NCBI GenBank assembly: GCA_945881915.1
Contig: CAMCVW010000002.1
Location: 84,676 to 148,675 of the forward strand
Direction: 5' to 3'
Length of the DNA stretch: 64,000 bases
From: Thermoflexus hugenholtzii JAD2
Lineage (GTDB): Bacteria > Chloroflexota > Chloroflexia > Chloroflexales > Roseiflexaceae
The notes under the pieces are model-generated. The model made no database searches and was not told where the DNA came from. It was given only the letters and a program-made list of their open reading frames with translations. The translations under genes were made by a program, and so were the position numbers. Positions 62,572-64,000 of the stretch are shown piece after piece (position 1 is the stretch's first letter; every line of letters starts with the position of its first letter).

Positions 62572-63722
62572 CCGCGAAAAAAATCATCTGGCAACACTAC
62601 GCTCCATATGAGCTGCGGACCTAACCCGAGCAGCGCAGTACCTGCATAGACGCCGATTGCAGCAGATGCAGCGACTACGGTCCTGCATTCGACGATGAGC
62701 CAGGAGATGAGAATCAATACCGTCAACACCGCCCACGCCCACGCGTCCACATAAAAATTTGCATGCATACTCAACATAAATGCGGCCACCACTGCCGGCC
62801 AAGCTCGCCGTGTCGCGACCAATTGCCACAGTGCCCACAATAGGATGGGCAAAAAAAACGCTGCATAGATGTATGAAACAGCGGTCTGCCGACTGAAGTG
62901 TATGTGCGTGTGCGCAAACATCAGCAGAACGGCACTCAACATCCCAATTCGCTTACCGTATAACTGGCGAGCCAGAAGGTAAATGGACCCTATTGAAGCA
63001 CTCCCAGCCAGCGCAGGAAGGATGCGCAGCACCCACACCTCACTCCCAAAAATCGCAATCAGACCACGCAACAGCGTGAGATAGAACGTGCCCACACCAT
63101 CCATTGCAGTCAGTGTATATGCGAGCGGACCAGATTCGCTGAACATCGTCCGTGCCCACCATCCGATGAGTCCCTCGTCCCCGTTAATAATATTGGGATA
63201 ATCGTTGAGCCATACTATTCGCATCGCCGTTGCGACCACCATCAGACTCGATACCAGAAGTGCTTCTGTTCGATGGATGCCCCACCACTGCCGCACATCA
63301 AGACGAGGCCGGACCGCCCACAATACCAACATCCAGCCCCATAGATACACGGCATTCGCGATGATTGCATAGCGGATGCGCGAGGTTTCGTTCAGTACGT
63401 ACGCTGCTTCGACGGATTGAGGAACCGCCAACTGTACCCATTGCCGTCCTGCAACAGACACCAAAATCACGCAACCAGCCAGAACGACGCGCATCGATTG
63501 TATTTCGAGTGTCGCAATGCGCGACGATACCTGTAGTTCGCCGTGCAGCCGCAAGCGGATGAGTGTTCCAATCGTCACCAAAATCGTGGATGCAACCAAC
63601 GCAAAGTCATATATGGCCATTGTGTCCTGCCAACCGCAAGCACCCAGGACCGCAATCAATATGATGCTTACCAATACCGCCGGCCATGACAAATGTTGCG
63701 CGTACTTCATAAGAAATTCCAT
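62517..63722 (-). CDS. N-terminal part of a GT-C (family 39-like) membrane glycosyltransferase split by a frameshift
   Basis: Polytopic, with the loop motif NIINGDEGLIGWW. The tail after the A7/T7 run (RGCRQMGRFCLGGYIKRHC) looks out of frame. Confidence 0.65.
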   Translation of the reverse strand: MEFLMKYAQHLSWPAVLVSIILIAVLGACGWQDTMAIYDFALVASTILVTIGTLIRLRLHGELQVSSRIATLEIQSMRVVLAGCVILVSVAGRQWVQLAVPQSVEAAYVLNETSRIRYAIIANAVYLWGWMLVLWAVRPRLDVRQWWGIHRTEALLVSSLMVVATAMRIVWLNDYPNIINGDEGLIGWWARTMFSESGPLAYTLTAMDGVGTFYLTLLRGLIAIFGSEVWVLRILPALAGSASIGSIYLLARQLYGKRIGMLSAVLLMFAHTHIHFSRQTAVSYIYAAFFLPILLWALWQLVATRRAWPAVVAAFMLSMHANFYVDAWAWAVLTVLILISWLIVECRTVVAASAAIGVYAGTALLGLGPQLIWSVVLPDDFFRGCRQMGRFCLGGYIKRHC

Positions 63723-64000
63723 CCAATAAACTGCCTAGACGTATGATGCACACGTCACTTCAGGTTTTTTCTTCATTTTGCGCGGTTTCCCTAAAGAAAC
63801 CCATAAGTATGCTCAAACTCCGTTTCGTTGCTTGTTGTAGATGCGGTATGGCATCCCTTTGGGGAACCCGCAGGTGCAAAAGAAGTAGCTACATACACAT
63901 GTCCGGTGATGTATGCCAAGACAACCGGTGGATCAAATCGCTTTGCCACTGCTGCAGCCTATGTTTGGTTTTGCGTTTAGGGGAACAAACTCCACCGCCA

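Noticed and set aside
63723-64000. Possible gene or RNA at the window's right edge
   Set aside because: No frame on either strand stays open with coding-like composition, and no tRNA-like T-arm or anticodon-arm pattern was recognised. Treated as the upstream region of the GT-C gene.
1-64000. tRNA, rRNA, CRISPR, IS/transposase, prophage or defence-system genes
   Set aside because: I scanned intergenic regions and all ORFs of 60 aa or more. I saw no GTTCGAATC-type T-loops, no rRNA-like segments, and no transposase, integrase, restriction, Cas, toxin-antitoxin or reverse-transcriptase motifs. This absence is based on eye inspection only.

Overview
Gene-dense chromosomal window with about 60 protein genes. 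I found no rRNA, tRNA, CRISPR array, transposase or integrase. All calls come from reading the six-frame track and the DNA by eye and recognising motifs from memory; no searches were run. The content is housekeeping and metabolic:
- selD (partial), gamma-glutamyltransferase and an amidase.
- A TPP-dependent 2-oxoacid dehydrogenase E1, glpD, and etfBA with an acyl-CoA dehydrogenase.
- A coenzyme F420 module: cofE, a stand-alone nitroreductase domain, cofD, cofC, fgd and two PPOX-type enzymes.
- lon, gmhA, a CUT1-type sugar ABC importer, hflX, acpS, glnA and ftsY.
- Two two-component systems.
- A strong envelope-glycosylation theme: three GT-C (ArnT/PMT-like) membrane glycosyltransferases, a GtrB/ArnC-like GT2, a DegT aminotransferase, a PIG-L deacetylase and FG-GAP/ASPIC lipoproteins.

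The mix of F420 genes, Tat/lipobox lipoproteins and FG-GAP/GT-C proteins suggests a Chloroflexota-like or actinobacterial-like monoderm. That taxonomic guess is low-confidence inference.

Operon structure is marked by many 4-nt ATGA or 1-nt TAATG start/stop overlaps (7347-7350, 9802-9805, 22980-22983, 24655-24658, 38020-38023, 45949-45952, 51171-51174, 56631-56634, 57605).

Most notable observations:
1. selD carries an in-frame UGA at the catalytic Cys position, with a SECIS-like stem-loop. The ORF track misses this gene.
2. A CHASE3 sensor ORF and a kinase-receiver-wHTH ORF overlap and look like one gene broken by a frameshift. The intact product would be a whole two-component pathway in one polypeptide.
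3. The adjacent GT-C gene is split at an A7 homopolymer.
4. A CIRCE-like operator overlaps a near-consensus lon promoter.
5. An operon encodes an unknown 636-aa protein with a poly-acidic core, an M61 peptidase, and a response regulator plus kinase.
6. A co-directional string runs from the sugar ABC importer through an ASPIC lipoprotein, a His-rich membrane protein, a GT-C and a GT2.
7. There is a roughly 1-kb AT-rich gap with no credible ORF, and a decayed pstB-like relic.
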